DNA of 47,368 bases from Bacteriovoracaceae bacterium (lineage in GTDB: Bacteria; Bdellovibrionota; Bacteriovoracia; Bacteriovoracales; Bacteriovoracaceae): contig JABIHA010000068.1 in the NCBI GenBank assembly GCA_018649885.1, positions 62,001 through 109,368 of the forward strand. The letters run 5' to 3'. This document shows positions 37,401 through 47,368 of this stretch, one piece after another. Below the pieces are notes generated by a model. It worked only from the letters and a program-made list of their open reading frames with translations. It searched no databases and had not been told where the DNA came from. The position numbers and the translations under genes were made by a program. Every line of letters starts with the position of its first letter. Position 1 is the first letter of the stretch.

Positions 37401-38285
37401 ATGATGAAAAACCTAGCACTTTTAACAATCTTTTTAACTCTTAGCCTAAGTGCTAAGAAGAGCGAAATAGTAGCAAGTGTAGGAAGTTACAATATCACCA
37501 ATAAGATGGTGGCATTGCGTGAAAAAGTTGCTGAAATTTACTATCCAGATAAAAAGCAAAAAGTTGGATTAATTCAACTTATCAAAGCTTATACAACTGC
37601 CCAAATCCTAGAAAATGAGGGAGTGAAAATCACACAAAGTGATTTAAAGAAAGAAGCCAAAAGAATTGATGAAAATACAAAAAATACAAAGATTTTAAAT
37701 CAAATTAAATCAATATTTGGAAAAAAGACCGAAAGCTACTACCAAGTATTCATACTGCCAAATCTTGCTAAAAGAGTCATTCAGCCTTTTGTTTTTAAAG
37801 CGGATAAAAAATTCGTGCAAAAAGGTTTTAAGAAGGCCGATAACTTTTTACAAAAATGCAGAACCAATCTTAAAAAATGCTCAACTTTTTACCATCATCC
37901 TGATTATAAAGTAGAGTTATTAAGATACTTTACACCTCTTGGTGAATTTTATAGCGAGAATGAAAAGCAGCAGTCAGTTGGAAGTGCCAGCGTGGCAGTA
38001 AATCCAAAGACAAGAGAAGAGAGGTTGGCCCAGGAAGAAGTTTTAAAGAAGCTGAATGCCAAAACCCAAAAGAAGAAAGCATTAAATTCAAGCATTTTAA
38101 TCAAGTTAAAAAAACATGAATTGTATCCTACGATAATTGAGCTACCTAATATTTGGAGAATCCTCCAGTATCAAAAGAAAATTGGTCAGAATTATTATTT
38201 TCTATCCTACACCTTTAAAAAACCATCCTTTAGTGAGTGGTACCAAGAAAAAAAGAAAAAGGTCAAAATTAATAGATATATATAA
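37401..38285 (+). CDS. Basic exported hypothetical protein, SurA/PrsA N-domain-like
   Basis: Signal peptide, IVASVGSYNIT, GVKITQSDL; Lys-rich. Confidence 0.55.
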   Translation: MMKNLALLTIFLTLSLSAKKSEIVASVGSYNITNKMVALREKVAEIYYPDKKQKVGLIQLIKAYTTAQILENEGVKITQSDLKKEAKRIDENTKNTKILNQIKSIFGKKTESYYQVFILPNLAKRVIQPFVFKADKKFVQKGFKKADNFLQKCRTNLKKCSTFYHHPDYKVELLRYFTPLGEFYSENEKQQSVGSASVAVNPKTREERLAQEEVLKKLNAKTQKKKALNSSILIKLKKHELYPTIIELPNIWRILQYQKKIGQNYYFLSYTFKKPSFSEWYQEKKKKVKINRYI

Positions 38286-38367
38286 AGAAGAAAACTTTTC
38301 TCTCCTAGTCCGGTATTCAAAAACTAAGATAAAATAGTATTGATAAAACAGTGGTTATAAAACTTAT

Positions 38368-39231
38368 ATGAAAAAATATCTTTTTGCCATTCTCATAGTA
38401 TTGTCTTCGACCCTTTGGGGTTCAAGCATTGTGGTTGTAAGAAAGAGCAAAGCCTTAATCTATGCTGACTACAAGAAAAAGACTCCTATAGGCTATGTGA
38501 GAAGGGGCTTAATGCTCAGGGTTGGAGAAGTTCCTAGGAATATTGAAACCATGTACCCTGTTCTTGTTTCAGGAAGAATCGCTTATATACATATTGAAGA
38601 TATCTATCTACCAGATGAAATAGAAGAGGCATCAAATAGAAAATATTATGTTAGCAGAACCTTGCATGATGCCTATGAAGTTAGAAGAATTGAGGATGGA
38701 AGCCTAATTTCAGCAAATATCGGCCCTTTTATGGCCGGGTCAGATATTCAAACTATTGCCCAGAATCTAGGTTCATCAAGCGCCAACAGTAAGCTAGGTT
38801 TAGATGTAGATGCTGGGTTAGAGTGGAGAATAGATAGACAGTATGGGTTTTATACAGGCATTAAATACATGCACATATCATATGAAAAAATAAATTTCAC
38901 CACACTTGGGGCAAAAGCCGGTTTAGATTTTCATATTTATAATCAAATAAAATACTTCTTCAAATTCAATTTTTCTGCTTTTCTATCTGCCTATGGAAGA
39001 TCCAAATACCGAACACCAGATAGTAATTGGAGTTCTACAAAAGGGACAACCTATGGCGTTGATACTAACTTTAGCTACAACCACAGTCTCGACAAAAACC
39101 TCGGTCTAAGATGGACCATAGGTTATCAACATTACCTTGTGAAAAAAATCGGTGGTAGTATACCTGGACAAAGTGATTTTAGTATTTCAGGTCCCTACGC
39201 GAGCCTTGGAGTTTACTGGGAGTTTTACTAA
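38368..39231 (+). CDS. Putative outer-membrane beta-barrel with N-terminal SH3-like domain
   Basis: Signal peptide, PIGYVRRG...RIAYI, C-terminal SGPYASLGVYWEFY. Confidence 0.6.
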   Translation: MKKYLFAILIVLSSTLWGSSIVVVRKSKALIYADYKKKTPIGYVRRGLMLRVGEVPRNIETMYPVLVSGRIAYIHIEDIYLPDEIEEASNRKYYVSRTLHDAYEVRRIEDGSLISANIGPFMAGSDIQTIAQNLGSSSANSKLGLDVDAGLEWRIDRQYGFYTGIKYMHISYEKINFTTLGAKAGLDFHIYNQIKYFFKFNFSAFLSAYGRSKYRTPDSNWSSTKGTTYGVDTNFSYNHSLDKNLGLRWTIGYQHYLVKKIGGSIPGQSDFSISGPYASLGVYWEFY

Positions 39232-39234
39232 CTC

Positions 39235-40425
39235 TTGGACAATATTTCTAATATTTACGATGTCATTATTATAGGAGCTGGAGCATCTGGATTAATGACA
39301 GCAACTATCGCTGCCAGGAGAGGATTAAACGTTCTTGTTCTCGAAAAAAATAAGTCTGCTGGTAAAAAGGTTTTAGTTTCCGGAGGAGGAAAGTGTAATT
39401 TCACAAATTTAAATGTTTCTTCAATTGATTTTCATTCGAGTAATCCACATTTTTGCAAGTCAGCCCTATCTCAATACACTCAATATGATTTTATAGACTG
39501 GGTCGAATCATTAGAAATTCCATACGAGGAGCGAACTCATGGACAACTCTTTACTCTGAAAGGTGCAAAAGATATTTTAAATTTGTTGATTTATGAATCA
39601 GCACAGGAAAATTACTCTATCAAATGCAATGAATCTATAAAAAGAGTTAAACGCGTTGGTGACATCTTTATCGTTGAAAATAGTAAAGGAGAGATTTACC
39701 AGTCCCACTCACTCGTAATCGCAACAGGAGGAATCAGCTTCCCTAAACTAGGAGCAAGTGATTTTGGATATAAGCTCGCTAAAAGCTTTGGCCATTCAAT
39801 AACTCCTCTTACAGAGGCATTAGTTGCTTTAAAAATAAAAAAACCTAACTTTGGAAAGCTTTCAGGGATTTCAATAGAAGCTTCAAGCACCATTAATTCT
39901 CATACCTATACAGATGACCTGCTCTTCACACACCGTGGACTCTCGGGACCCTTAATGCTAAAAACATCTCTATTTTTAGATGAAAAAATGGAATTTACAC
40001 TAAACTTAAGTCCGCACAAGGACCTAAGAGAAGAACTTAGTTCTAATCAAAACACACGCACCAATATCAAACCTCTGTTAAATAAATTCTTCCCAAAAAG
40101 GCTTTCTGAATTTCTCATTCAAAACTTTTGGAATGGAAGCGAAAAAATAGCAGAGTCAAAGTCAGAAAACCTTCAAAATTTTACAAATTGCATTCATTCC
40201 TTGGTGATAAAAGATTGCACAACTGAGGGATACGACAGAGCTGAAGTGACCAAAGGTGGGGTCAGCGTAGACGAAATAAGCTCAAAAACAATGGAAAGCA
40301 AAATTTGTCCAAGCCTTTTCTTCGTTGGTGAGGTTTGCGATGTCACAGGTAATCTTGGAGGCTATAATTTTCAATGGGCCTGGTCTTCGGGATATGTAGC
40401 AGGCTCTAATATTTCCAAAAAATAA
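39235..40425 (+). CDS. HI0933/YhiN (BaiN)-family flavoprotein
   Basis: IIGAGASG, SGGGKCNFTN, LLFTHRGLSGP, VTKGGV, GGYNFQWAWSSG. Confidence 0.95.
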   Translation: MDNISNIYDVIIIGAGASGLMTATIAARRGLNVLVLEKNKSAGKKVLVSGGGKCNFTNLNVSSIDFHSSNPHFCKSALSQYTQYDFIDWVESLEIPYEERTHGQLFTLKGAKDILNLLIYESAQENYSIKCNESIKRVKRVGDIFIVENSKGEIYQSHSLVIATGGISFPKLGASDFGYKLAKSFGHSITPLTEALVALKIKKPNFGKLSGISIEASSTINSHTYTDDLLFTHRGLSGPLMLKTSLFLDEKMEFTLNLSPHKDLREELSSNQNTRTNIKPLLNKFFPKRLSEFLIQNFWNGSEKIAESKSENLQNFTNCIHSLVIKDCTTEGYDRAEVTKGGVSVDEISSKTMESKICPSLFFVGEVCDVTGNLGGYNFQWAWSSGYVAGSNISKK

Positions 40426-40430
40426 AAATG

Positions 40431-40461
40431 GTGCTCACACACTATAAAGATGTGTGAGCAC
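40431..40461. terminator. Probable bidirectional terminator between convergent genes
   Basis: GTGCTCACACA-N9-TGTGTGAGCAC with A/T-rich flanks. Confidence 0.7.
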
Positions 40462-40468
40462 ATATTTC

Positions 40469-41776
40469 TTAAGCTGCTTTTTTCTTATTCAATCTTTTAT
40501 TTAAATCAACATAGGAATACTCATTTTCGCCGTTATAAATTTGACGAGGTCTACCAATCCTAGATTTTGGATCTTCATTCATTTCTTTCCAATGGGCAAT
40601 CCATCCTGGCAATCTTCCGAGAGCAAACATTACAGTAAACATATTCACAGGAATATTGATGGCCGAGTATATTATTCCGCTGTAGAAATCAACATTGGGA
40701 TAGAGTTTTCTGTCCACGAAATATTGATCATTGAGCGCTGAATGTTCAAGCTCTTTTGCAATATTTAAAAGAGGGTTATCAACTCCCATTTTTTCTAAAA
40801 CTTTATCACATGCTCCTTTAATGATTTTTGCACGCGGATCAAAGTTTTTATAAACTCTGTGACCAAAACCCATCAATCTAAAACTGGAGTTTTTATCTTT
40901 AGCAAGATCAATGAATTTTTGAACATTCCCTCCATCGAGGTGAATTTGATTTAACATTTCCATAACGGCCTGATTCGCACCACCGTGCAGTGGACCCCAA
41001 AGAGCACTAATTCCACCTGAAATAGAGGCAAATAGATTGGCTTCAGAGGAACCAATTAATCTAACCGCAGAAGTACTACAGTTTTGTTCATGATCAGCAT
41101 GCAAAATAAGAAGTAGATTAAGGGCCTCTACTACCTCTGAAGGCACTTCATATTTTTCGGATGGCACTGAAAACATCATATTTAAAAAGTTAGAGCAGTA
41201 ATCTAAATCATTTCTTGGATATACCCTTGGCTGATTAATTGATGTTTTATATGAGTAGGAGGCTATAGTTGGAAGCATTCCTAATAACTTGATAATTACC
41301 TGATCTACGTCATGAGAATTCTTAGGATCTAAATATTCCTGATAAAATGTAGACATTGCGCTAATAGCAGAGCTTAGCACACCCATTGGATGAGCATCTC
41401 TTGGAAAAGCATCAAATAGCTTTGATAGATCTTCTTTAATTAATGTGTGGTGTTTTATTTCTGACTCCCAGGACAAAAGCTCCTGTTCAGTTGGTAAATT
41501 TCCATAAATAAGCAGGTAGGCGACTTCTATGAAAGAAGAATTTTTCGCTAAGTCCTCAATGGAAATCCCTCTATATCTAAGTATTCCTTTCTCACCATCT
41601 AAAAAAGTTATGGCACTAGTACCTGAAGAAGTATTGGCAAACCCATTATCAAGAGTGATTAAACCAGAGCTGCTTCTTAATTTCGAAATATCAATACCAA
41701 CTTCACCTTCAGTTCCCTCTACAACAGGGCACTCCACTTCCTTGTCACCATAAATTATTTTTGCTGATTTGCTCAT
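40469..41776 (-). CDS. gltA: Citrate synthase (type II)
   Basis: HADHEQNCST, GPLHGGAN, GFGHRVYKNFDPR, YPNVDFYSG. Confidence 0.98.
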   Translation of the reverse strand: MSKSAKIIYGDKEVECPVVEGTEGEVGIDISKLRSSSGLITLDNGFANTSSGTSAITFLDGEKGILRYRGISIEDLAKNSSFIEVAYLLIYGNLPTEQELLSWESEIKHHTLIKEDLSKLFDAFPRDAHPMGVLSSAISAMSTFYQEYLDPKNSHDVDQVIIKLLGMLPTIASYSYKTSINQPRVYPRNDLDYCSNFLNMMFSVPSEKYEVPSEVVEALNLLLILHADHEQNCSTSAVRLIGSSEANLFASISGGISALWGPLHGGANQAVMEMLNQIHLDGGNVQKFIDLAKDKNSSFRLMGFGHRVYKNFDPRAKIIKGACDKVLEKMGVDNPLLNIAKELEHSALNDQYFVDRKLYPNVDFYSGIIYSAINIPVNMFTVMFALGRLPGWIAHWKEMNEDPKSRIGRPRQIYNGENEYSYVDLNKRLNKKKAA

Positions 41777-41817
41777 ATCAACTCTCTCCCGTTTTTTAAA
41801 TTTTTAGCACCCCCCTT

Positions 41818-41845
41818 CTATCGGTATTTCACAATAGATTCTTGA
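41818..41845 (-). promoter_or_regulatory. Putative sigma28-type promoter of gltA
   Basis: TCAA-N16-ACCGATAG. Confidence 0.45.
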
Positions 41846-42023
41846 GCAAACACCTCAACTATCTCTGTCTTATCAATAATTTACAGCTATTCGTTAGGGC
41901 AGCTGTATAAATACAACTTAGTGTGTATTGGTCATAAAGAGTAAATAAATATTACCCTTCAAATCCATCTTAAAATGCAATATAGTTTTTCATACAATCA
42001 AAAAATTTAGACTGGAGGGGAAC

Positions 42024-43805
42024 TTGTCCACTATATTACATCGCCTACAAAGCTGGGCCTCTGAAGAACCAAATTCTATTTCAATGAGATACAAAAAAAA
42101 TGGACATTGGACAGACGTTACGGCCAAAGAATACCGTGACCATGTCTTTTACCTGGCCCTCTACCTAGAATCAATTGGGTTCACAAGCTCAGATACCAGC
42201 GCCATACTTTCTTACAATAAGCCTGAATGGGTCGAGATGGACTTAGCGCCTCTTTTGATTGGAGGAAAATCTGCAGGCCTTTATCCCAACGCAAGCTTTA
42301 AGGATGTTGATTATATTTTAAACCTTACAGAGGCGAAAGTTCTCGCCGTCCAAAATGAAGAATATTTTAACAAGCTAAAAGATGAAAATCAGAAGTTAAG
42401 TATCCCAGCGTCTTTAGAGAAAATCATTGTTTTTGAAGGAAGCAGTGACTTCTCTCCCCTTGCCATAAGCATTAAAGATGCGCTTGCTGAAGGAAAAAAG
42501 ATCTCAGCAAACAAAGATATTACTGATTATCTGTCAAAACTAAATCCAAAAGATGGCGCCTTTATGATTTTCACTTCGGGAACGACAGGGAACCCCAAGG
42601 GAGCCATTTTAAGTCATGATAACCTAGTCTTTACTACAGATCTTTCAATTAAATTTTGGGAATTGCCTTTCAAACAAGGTAAGTGTTTTTCTTTTCTCCC
42701 TCTATGTCACATTGCCGAAAAAATGCAAAATGTGGGAGTAGGAGTCTGCAATCGATACACAATTAGCTACTGTTCAGGATTTGATTCAATAGCAGCCGAA
42801 TTACCAGATGTAAGACCAACCGTACTATTATGCGTCCCCAGGCTCTGGGAAAAAATGATGGAAGGTGTGAATTCAAAAATCTCCCAAGCCACAGGCGTAA
42901 AAAAAGTACTTGCTGACTGGGCCTTTGCAGTAGGAAGTAGAGTGGCCCAGGCAAAATATGCGAAGAAAACACCGAACCCACTTGACCTAGTTCAACTACA
43001 CTTCGCCAATAAACTAGTCCTTGGAAAAATTAAAGAAAAACTCGGACTCGACCTAGTTGAGATGGCTGCTTCCGGAGCTGCGGCACTTAACCCTGAGGTA
43101 GCAAAATTCTTTAGAATTCTGGGTATCGAAATTAGAGAAGTATTTGGCCAAACTGAATCCACAGGGGTTATTTGCATGACCCAAGTAGGAGAAGACTCAC
43201 TCGGTACAGTAGGTAAGGCTGTCCCCGGCTTAGATTTCAAAATAGCAGATGATGGAGAAATCCTCAGTCGCGGAAGAAGTGTCTTTGTTGGATACCTAAA
43301 AAATGATGAGGCCACAAAAGAAGCTGTTGATAGCGAAGGATGGCTTCACACAGGAGACCTTGGCGTCGTTAACGATCGAGGCCTAGTGGTGATCAGAGGT
43401 AGAAAAAAAGAAATCATGAAAAGCTCTGGTGGAAAAATGGTGGCTCCTCTACCCATTGAAGAAAACCTCAAAATCAGCTCTATCATCAGTCAAGTTTGTA
43501 TGGTGGGTGACGGTAAAAAATATTTCTCCGCACTAATCACTTTAAATGAAGACCTCGTTAATAAAATTGAAAGTGAAAAATTAGAGATTAAAGAAAGTGT
43601 CTTACAAGACAAAAATATTTTAAATCAAGTCTCCGAGTGCATCGACCAAGTCAACAAAAGCTTGGCAAACTACGAGCAAATTAAATATTTTAGAGTGCTC
43701 CCAAAAGAGTTCTCTGTTGAAAATGGTGAGATGACTCCAACACTAAAAATGAAACGTGCCATAATCGAAAAAAACTTTGAAAATGTAATCAACTCCATGT
43801 ATTAA
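42024..43805 (+). CDS. Long-chain fatty acid--CoA ligase (FAA1-type)
   Basis: FTSGTTGNPKG, FLPLCH, FGQTE, GWLHTGD, TPTLKMKR; GGAGG RBS. Confidence 0.95.
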   Translation: MSTILHRLQSWASEEPNSISMRYKKNGHWTDVTAKEYRDHVFYLALYLESIGFTSSDTSAILSYNKPEWVEMDLAPLLIGGKSAGLYPNASFKDVDYILNLTEAKVLAVQNEEYFNKLKDENQKLSIPASLEKIIVFEGSSDFSPLAISIKDALAEGKKISANKDITDYLSKLNPKDGAFMIFTSGTTGNPKGAILSHDNLVFTTDLSIKFWELPFKQGKCFSFLPLCHIAEKMQNVGVGVCNRYTISYCSGFDSIAAELPDVRPTVLLCVPRLWEKMMEGVNSKISQATGVKKVLADWAFAVGSRVAQAKYAKKTPNPLDLVQLHFANKLVLGKIKEKLGLDLVEMAASGAAALNPEVAKFFRILGIEIREVFGQTESTGVICMTQVGEDSLGTVGKAVPGLDFKIADDGEILSRGRSVFVGYLKNDEATKEAVDSEGWLHTGDLGVVNDRGLVVIRGRKKEIMKSSGGKMVAPLPIEENLKISSIISQVCMVGDGKKYFSALITLNEDLVNKIESEKLEIKESVLQDKNILNQVSECIDQVNKSLANYEQIKYFRVLPKEFSVENGEMTPTLKMKRAIIEKNFENVINSMY

Positions 43806-43817
43806 CGCTTGTACGTG

Positions 43818-43844
43818 TCAATAGTTGCCTGTGGCAACTATTGA
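43818..43844. terminator. Perfect 12-bp hairpin between convergent genes
   Basis: TCAATAGTTGCC-TGT-GGCAACTATTGA; no T tract. Confidence 0.5.
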
Positions 43845-43906
43845 TTCGTCGCTTGTCCATGTGAATGTCCCCGCAGTGATAACGGCGAAGCCAGCCAGGC
43901 CCCCAA

Positions 43907-45163
43907 CTACTTGGCCAACCCCTTCTCAACCCAATCACTACAACCCATCTCTTCAATTAACCGTGCTCTAAATTTTCCAGAATGTGACAGCATACATTCA
44001 AGTACATCTGTCCAAATTGGATGCTCTTTATCTCCGGGAATTGTGCAATATTCATTTGGCACAATTTCAGGATAAAATCTGATCGCTTTGACATCATTCA
44101 AATGGTAGGTCATTTCTGCAAAAATTTCCTCCATATTTGATGATACACAAGCCACATCACAGTCAGATTTTCTTTGCTCCGCAATTTTAATTGCACATTG
44201 AGTGAGATTACTATTGGACATTTGTTGATTCATTAACTCTGTGTAGAATGCCTTCATCTCATCATTAAATTCACAATATTTTTTGTTGTCATTATCGTAT
44301 GTATCATCAATGGAGCGCAATGCTCCAGCCCTTACTAAGGGAGTTTTTGTACTATCTCTTGAAAATTGTTCAGCCCAAACAAAGGAACAAATATGTCCGA
44401 ACTCATGATAAATTGTAGAGTTTGTGGTATGCCACGCTCTTCCATCTTTTAAAACATACGGAGACAACTTTACCCAGAGATATGTATCAGCACTACCTTG
44501 CTTTTTAGTGCATTCATCATTTGCATCGATATCACTTGGTGGTTCACAAATATAAGCTTCAGCAGATCCAAATCTTGTTAAACAATCCGAATTGTCACCA
44601 CAACAATAGCCTCCCACTTCTGCCTGGATAATTTTTGCCTTAGCAAGAAAAATCTCCTTTTCATCCTCACTTGCTAAAACGTAAGCAGGCTTATTAACCT
44701 CCTCCATAAAGCGTATTGAATGCTGAGGATAGCTCTCTTCGTACACATCTTCACTGCTATCACCACAAACATCAAGATCAGACCTCTTAGATTTATTAGA
44801 ATCCCATTTGTTCCAAAAAAATTCACACATCTGCAAAGGCCTTCTTTTAGTAAATTGATATTCAAATGTCTCTAAGGGTCTCTGTTCAGCAAGATGGTAC
44901 GTAAACGAAGAGCCAAATGAATCGATAGAGTAGCCAAAGACTTGATAACAAAGAAATTCTTTATCGCTTTGCTCCCCATCTTTAGCTCCGCAAGTAGGAG
45001 GAAGTAATGCCTTTAATAAATCTCTTTCGAATTTACCAAAGCTAGCAGTCAATCGCTGTTCTTCATTTTCAACCTGTTGAACTAAATTAAGAAACCTACC
45101 AGCATCTGCTGAATAAATGATAAAAAATGAATATAATGCGGTGGCGACCAACCCTAGTCTCAT
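43907..45163 (-). CDS. Secreted Cys-rich putative zinc metallopeptidase
   Basis: Signal peptide, TIYHEFGH, downstream MEEIFAE, many Cys. Confidence 0.75.
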   Translation of the reverse strand: MRLGLVATALYSFFIIYSADAGRFLNLVQQVENEEQRLTASFGKFERDLLKALLPPTCGAKDGEQSDKEFLCYQVFGYSIDSFGSSFTYHLAEQRPLETFEYQFTKRRPLQMCEFFWNKWDSNKSKRSDLDVCGDSSEDVYEESYPQHSIRFMEEVNKPAYVLASEDEKEIFLAKAKIIQAEVGGYCCGDNSDCLTRFGSAEAYICEPPSDIDANDECTKKQGSADTYLWVKLSPYVLKDGRAWHTTNSTIYHEFGHICSFVWAEQFSRDSTKTPLVRAGALRSIDDTYDNDNKKYCEFNDEMKAFYTELMNQQMSNSNLTQCAIKIAEQRKSDCDVACVSSNMEEIFAEMTYHLNDVKAIRFYPEIVPNEYCTIPGDKEHPIWTDVLECMLSHSGKFRARLIEEMGCSDWVEKGLAK

Positions 45164-45257
45164 ACCTAATTCATCGGAAAGTATTCACCATCAACAAAAC
45201 TGACATCCTGATAAAAAGTGAATGAGGAAAAATATATAAGACTATTTTGATAGGACA

Positions 45258-47003
45258 TTAAATATGTTCGAGAATATATACAAAAAGACCATTAGTTCCA
45301 TTCCCCAACAGCTTGCTGTGAGAGACGACCCTAAGGGATTTCACCTCATGCTTGTATAGAACTTTATAGTCACTAATAAGACCCATTACATTGGTATTTT
45401 CACCCAGTGCTCTATTGGCCTGTCTCGAAACACTATCAAAAGTTAAAGAACGCATATTTGTCAGTTGATCAGCGAAGAGAATTCTCTGTGCTTTTGTTTC
45501 TGGATTTCGACTCCAACCACCTGAACCACAAATTCTAAATACCGGAACTAGATTTGTAATGGACCTCATTAATGACAAATTATATGTACAATTGCCCTGA
45601 ACAACAAAATCAACATGGTATTTCTTTATAAGTTTTTCAAAGTAAGCCGTCTCAAATTGGTCTTTTCGCTTATCTTTTTGCTCACCATACCCAGATGCAA
45701 AACTAACTGTGAGAAGTAGACTCCATCCCAAACAAATAAAATATCTATTTTTATGGGAAACCTGCAACTTTTCAAAAACTAAGCCTACCCCCTCAATGAT
45801 TAGAAAGATGATCATTGGAAGCAGCATCAACAAATGCCTTGTAGGACTCAAAGTCAATTTCTGGGCCAAAATAAAAATTGCCCAAGTCCCAAATGTAGCA
45901 GTGAACAAGAGGGCGTAAGAATTTTTTCTAATACTCTCAAACTTAAAAAATCGGTAGCAAGCTAATCCAATTAAAAAATAATAAAATAGAGAAATAACTA
46001 TTTGAAGAGGATTGCTTTCCGGGAGAACACCCAAGTTACCATTTAAAACATGAAAGATATTAAGCACGAAAAATTTAAATGGATAAAATACCTTTGAAAA
46101 GAGACCTTCAACATTTGAGATATTAAATAAGAACTGTCCTTCATTACCCACATTCCAATTAACTCCTGCACTATGAAGATGAAGGTACTTAGTATAAACC
46201 CGGAAAAATATTGCACATAGAAAAAGCCCTGAAACAATATTAAACTTCAAAACGGTTTTTAGATCATTTGATTTTTCACTCATATCTTTATAAAAACTAG
46301 CCACCCAAAAAGCTGGCATGAATAATATACTTTGATATTGAAACCAGCACAGTGCTCCCAATACAATTCCTTGGAAACATGCCTTTTTTAGACTCAGTGA
46401 ATGATTTTTTACCCTATCGTTAAATAGAAAAAGAATAATGAGTGCACATAGTAGCCCGACTGCATAAGATTCCATTTGAGCCGAATAAATAACACTCAAC
46501 CAAGAAAAAGAGAGCATTGAGACAGAAACAAACGAATAGTAGAGCTCATCTTCATTAAAATATTTCCTCGTCACAAGAAAGAGCAGAAAAATTGATAAAA
46601 TGCCAAAAACAAGAGAGGGAAATCTACCCCAGAATAAATTGTCCCTATAACTATTGTCTGAATTTAGAAAAAATGATGTGAAAAAAAATTGAGCGGGTGC
46701 ATAAGTCCAGTGTAGCCCAATCCGTTTCTGCGCATACAAGGCATTATTTACTTCTGAAAATACTGATAAAAGCCCAACACTATCCAACCCACGGTAAATT
46801 TTAAACTTGGTACTACTATAAAGTGGATCACTTAAATTATTAATCTGTCTTACTTTTTCATCATGTTGATAATTCTTCGGCAAAATTGTAACAGCAACAC
46901 CGATATCATCCACATGAGCAAAATGGATTTTTGCAAGAGAGTACCTATAGTAAGATGCAAGAGTGATAATACAAAAAATGAATATCGTGCCAAATTTCTT
47001 CAA
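45258..47003 (-). CDS. GT-C fold membrane glycosyltransferase (ArnT/PMT-like)
   Basis: HVDD after TM1, YAPAQF, GRFPSLVFG, many TMs; TTG start after AGGA (track start 47030). Confidence 0.8.
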   Translation of the reverse strand: MKKFGTIFIFCIITLASYYRYSLAKIHFAHVDDIGVAVTILPKNYQHDEKVRQINNLSDPLYSSTKFKIYRGLDSVGLLSVFSEVNNALYAQKRIGLHWTYAPAQFFFTSFFLNSDNSYRDNLFWGRFPSLVFGILSIFLLFLVTRKYFNEDELYYSFVSVSMLSFSWLSVIYSAQMESYAVGLLCALIILFLFNDRVKNHSLSLKKACFQGIVLGALCWFQYQSILFMPAFWVASFYKDMSEKSNDLKTVLKFNIVSGLFLCAIFFRVYTKYLHLHSAGVNWNVGNEGQFLFNISNVEGLFSKVFYPFKFFVLNIFHVLNGNLGVLPESNPLQIVISLFYYFLIGLACYRFFKFESIRKNSYALLFTATFGTWAIFILAQKLTLSPTRHLLMLLPMIIFLIIEGVGLVFEKLQVSHKNRYFICLGWSLLLTVSFASGYGEQKDKRKDQFETAYFEKLIKKYHVDFVVQGNCTYNLSLMRSITNLVPVFRICGSGGWSRNPETKAQRILFADQLTNMRSLTFDSVSRQANRALGENTNVMGLISDYKVLYKHEVKSLRVVSHSKLLGNGTNGLFVYILEHI

Positions 47004-47034
47004 GTTCCTACACCTTTTAGAGATAAGCAATTAT

Positions 47035-47341
47035 ACCTCCAGCATCAAAAGAGTCCAGCGGACTCTTTTGATGATGAGAGGCATGTGAAAGAGGAGGACT
47101 CCCCAGTCCTCCGGGAATCAAGCACCAAAACTCCCAACACCTCTAAACCCAGAATCCGAAAAAACTATACCCCCCAACACCGCAGTCCCTCCGTGCCACC
47201 AACTAAGAACCTTCCCTAAAAAAAACCAAAAAAAATAATTGGTGCACCTCCAGCAGCAAAAAAGTCCAGCGGACTATTTTGATGATGAGAGGTATGTGAC
47301 TGAGGCAGACTCCCCAGTCTGCCGGGAATCAAGCAACAAAA
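47035..47341. repeat. Two 96-bp structured direct repeats, 211-bp period
   Basis: Copies at 47035-47130 and 47246-47341, each containing two hairpins. Confidence 0.9.
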
Positions 47342-47368
47342 ACCGAGGACTTATTTCAAAAATTAACC

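Noticed and set aside
46863..47219. 118-aa + strand ORF
   Set aside because: Overlaps the glycosyltransferase antisense and reads through the structured repeat; no coding signature.
47035..47341. CRISPR repeats or integron attC sites
   Set aside because: Repeat and spacer are too long for CRISPR; no RYYYAAC/GTTRRRY ends or cassette ORF seen.

Overview
AT-rich bacterial chromosomal window. Gene content (many orphan secreted proteins, recurrent FliA-like promoters, rpsB cluster) suggests a predatory Bdellovibrionota/Bacteriovoracaceae-like organism; this is inference. Housekeeping genes: nadC, comEC, tig, truA, pssA, a psd-like gene, tsaB, rseP, cdsA, uppS, frr, pyrH, tsf, rpsB, ftsK, hemN, a ROK kinase, gltA and an acyl-CoA synthetase. 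Best candidate for a new system is at 544-2149: an XRE regulator with a sigma28-like promoter diverges across two 14-bp direct repeats from a sigma70 transcript encoding a pentapeptide-repeat protein. That gene runs straight into a ~450-nt GGA-hairpin array resembling a CsrB/Rsm sponge, closed by an intrinsic terminator. Other notable items: a 180-bp TA-flanked palindromic element before tig; a PSD homologue lacking its catalytic residues; three FNR-like boxes at class II spacing; a secreted His/Arg/Pro-repeat protein; two large orphan secreted proteins; and a 96-bp structured direct repeat with compensatory changes at the window end. No rRNA, tRNA, CRISPR array or transposase was recognised.
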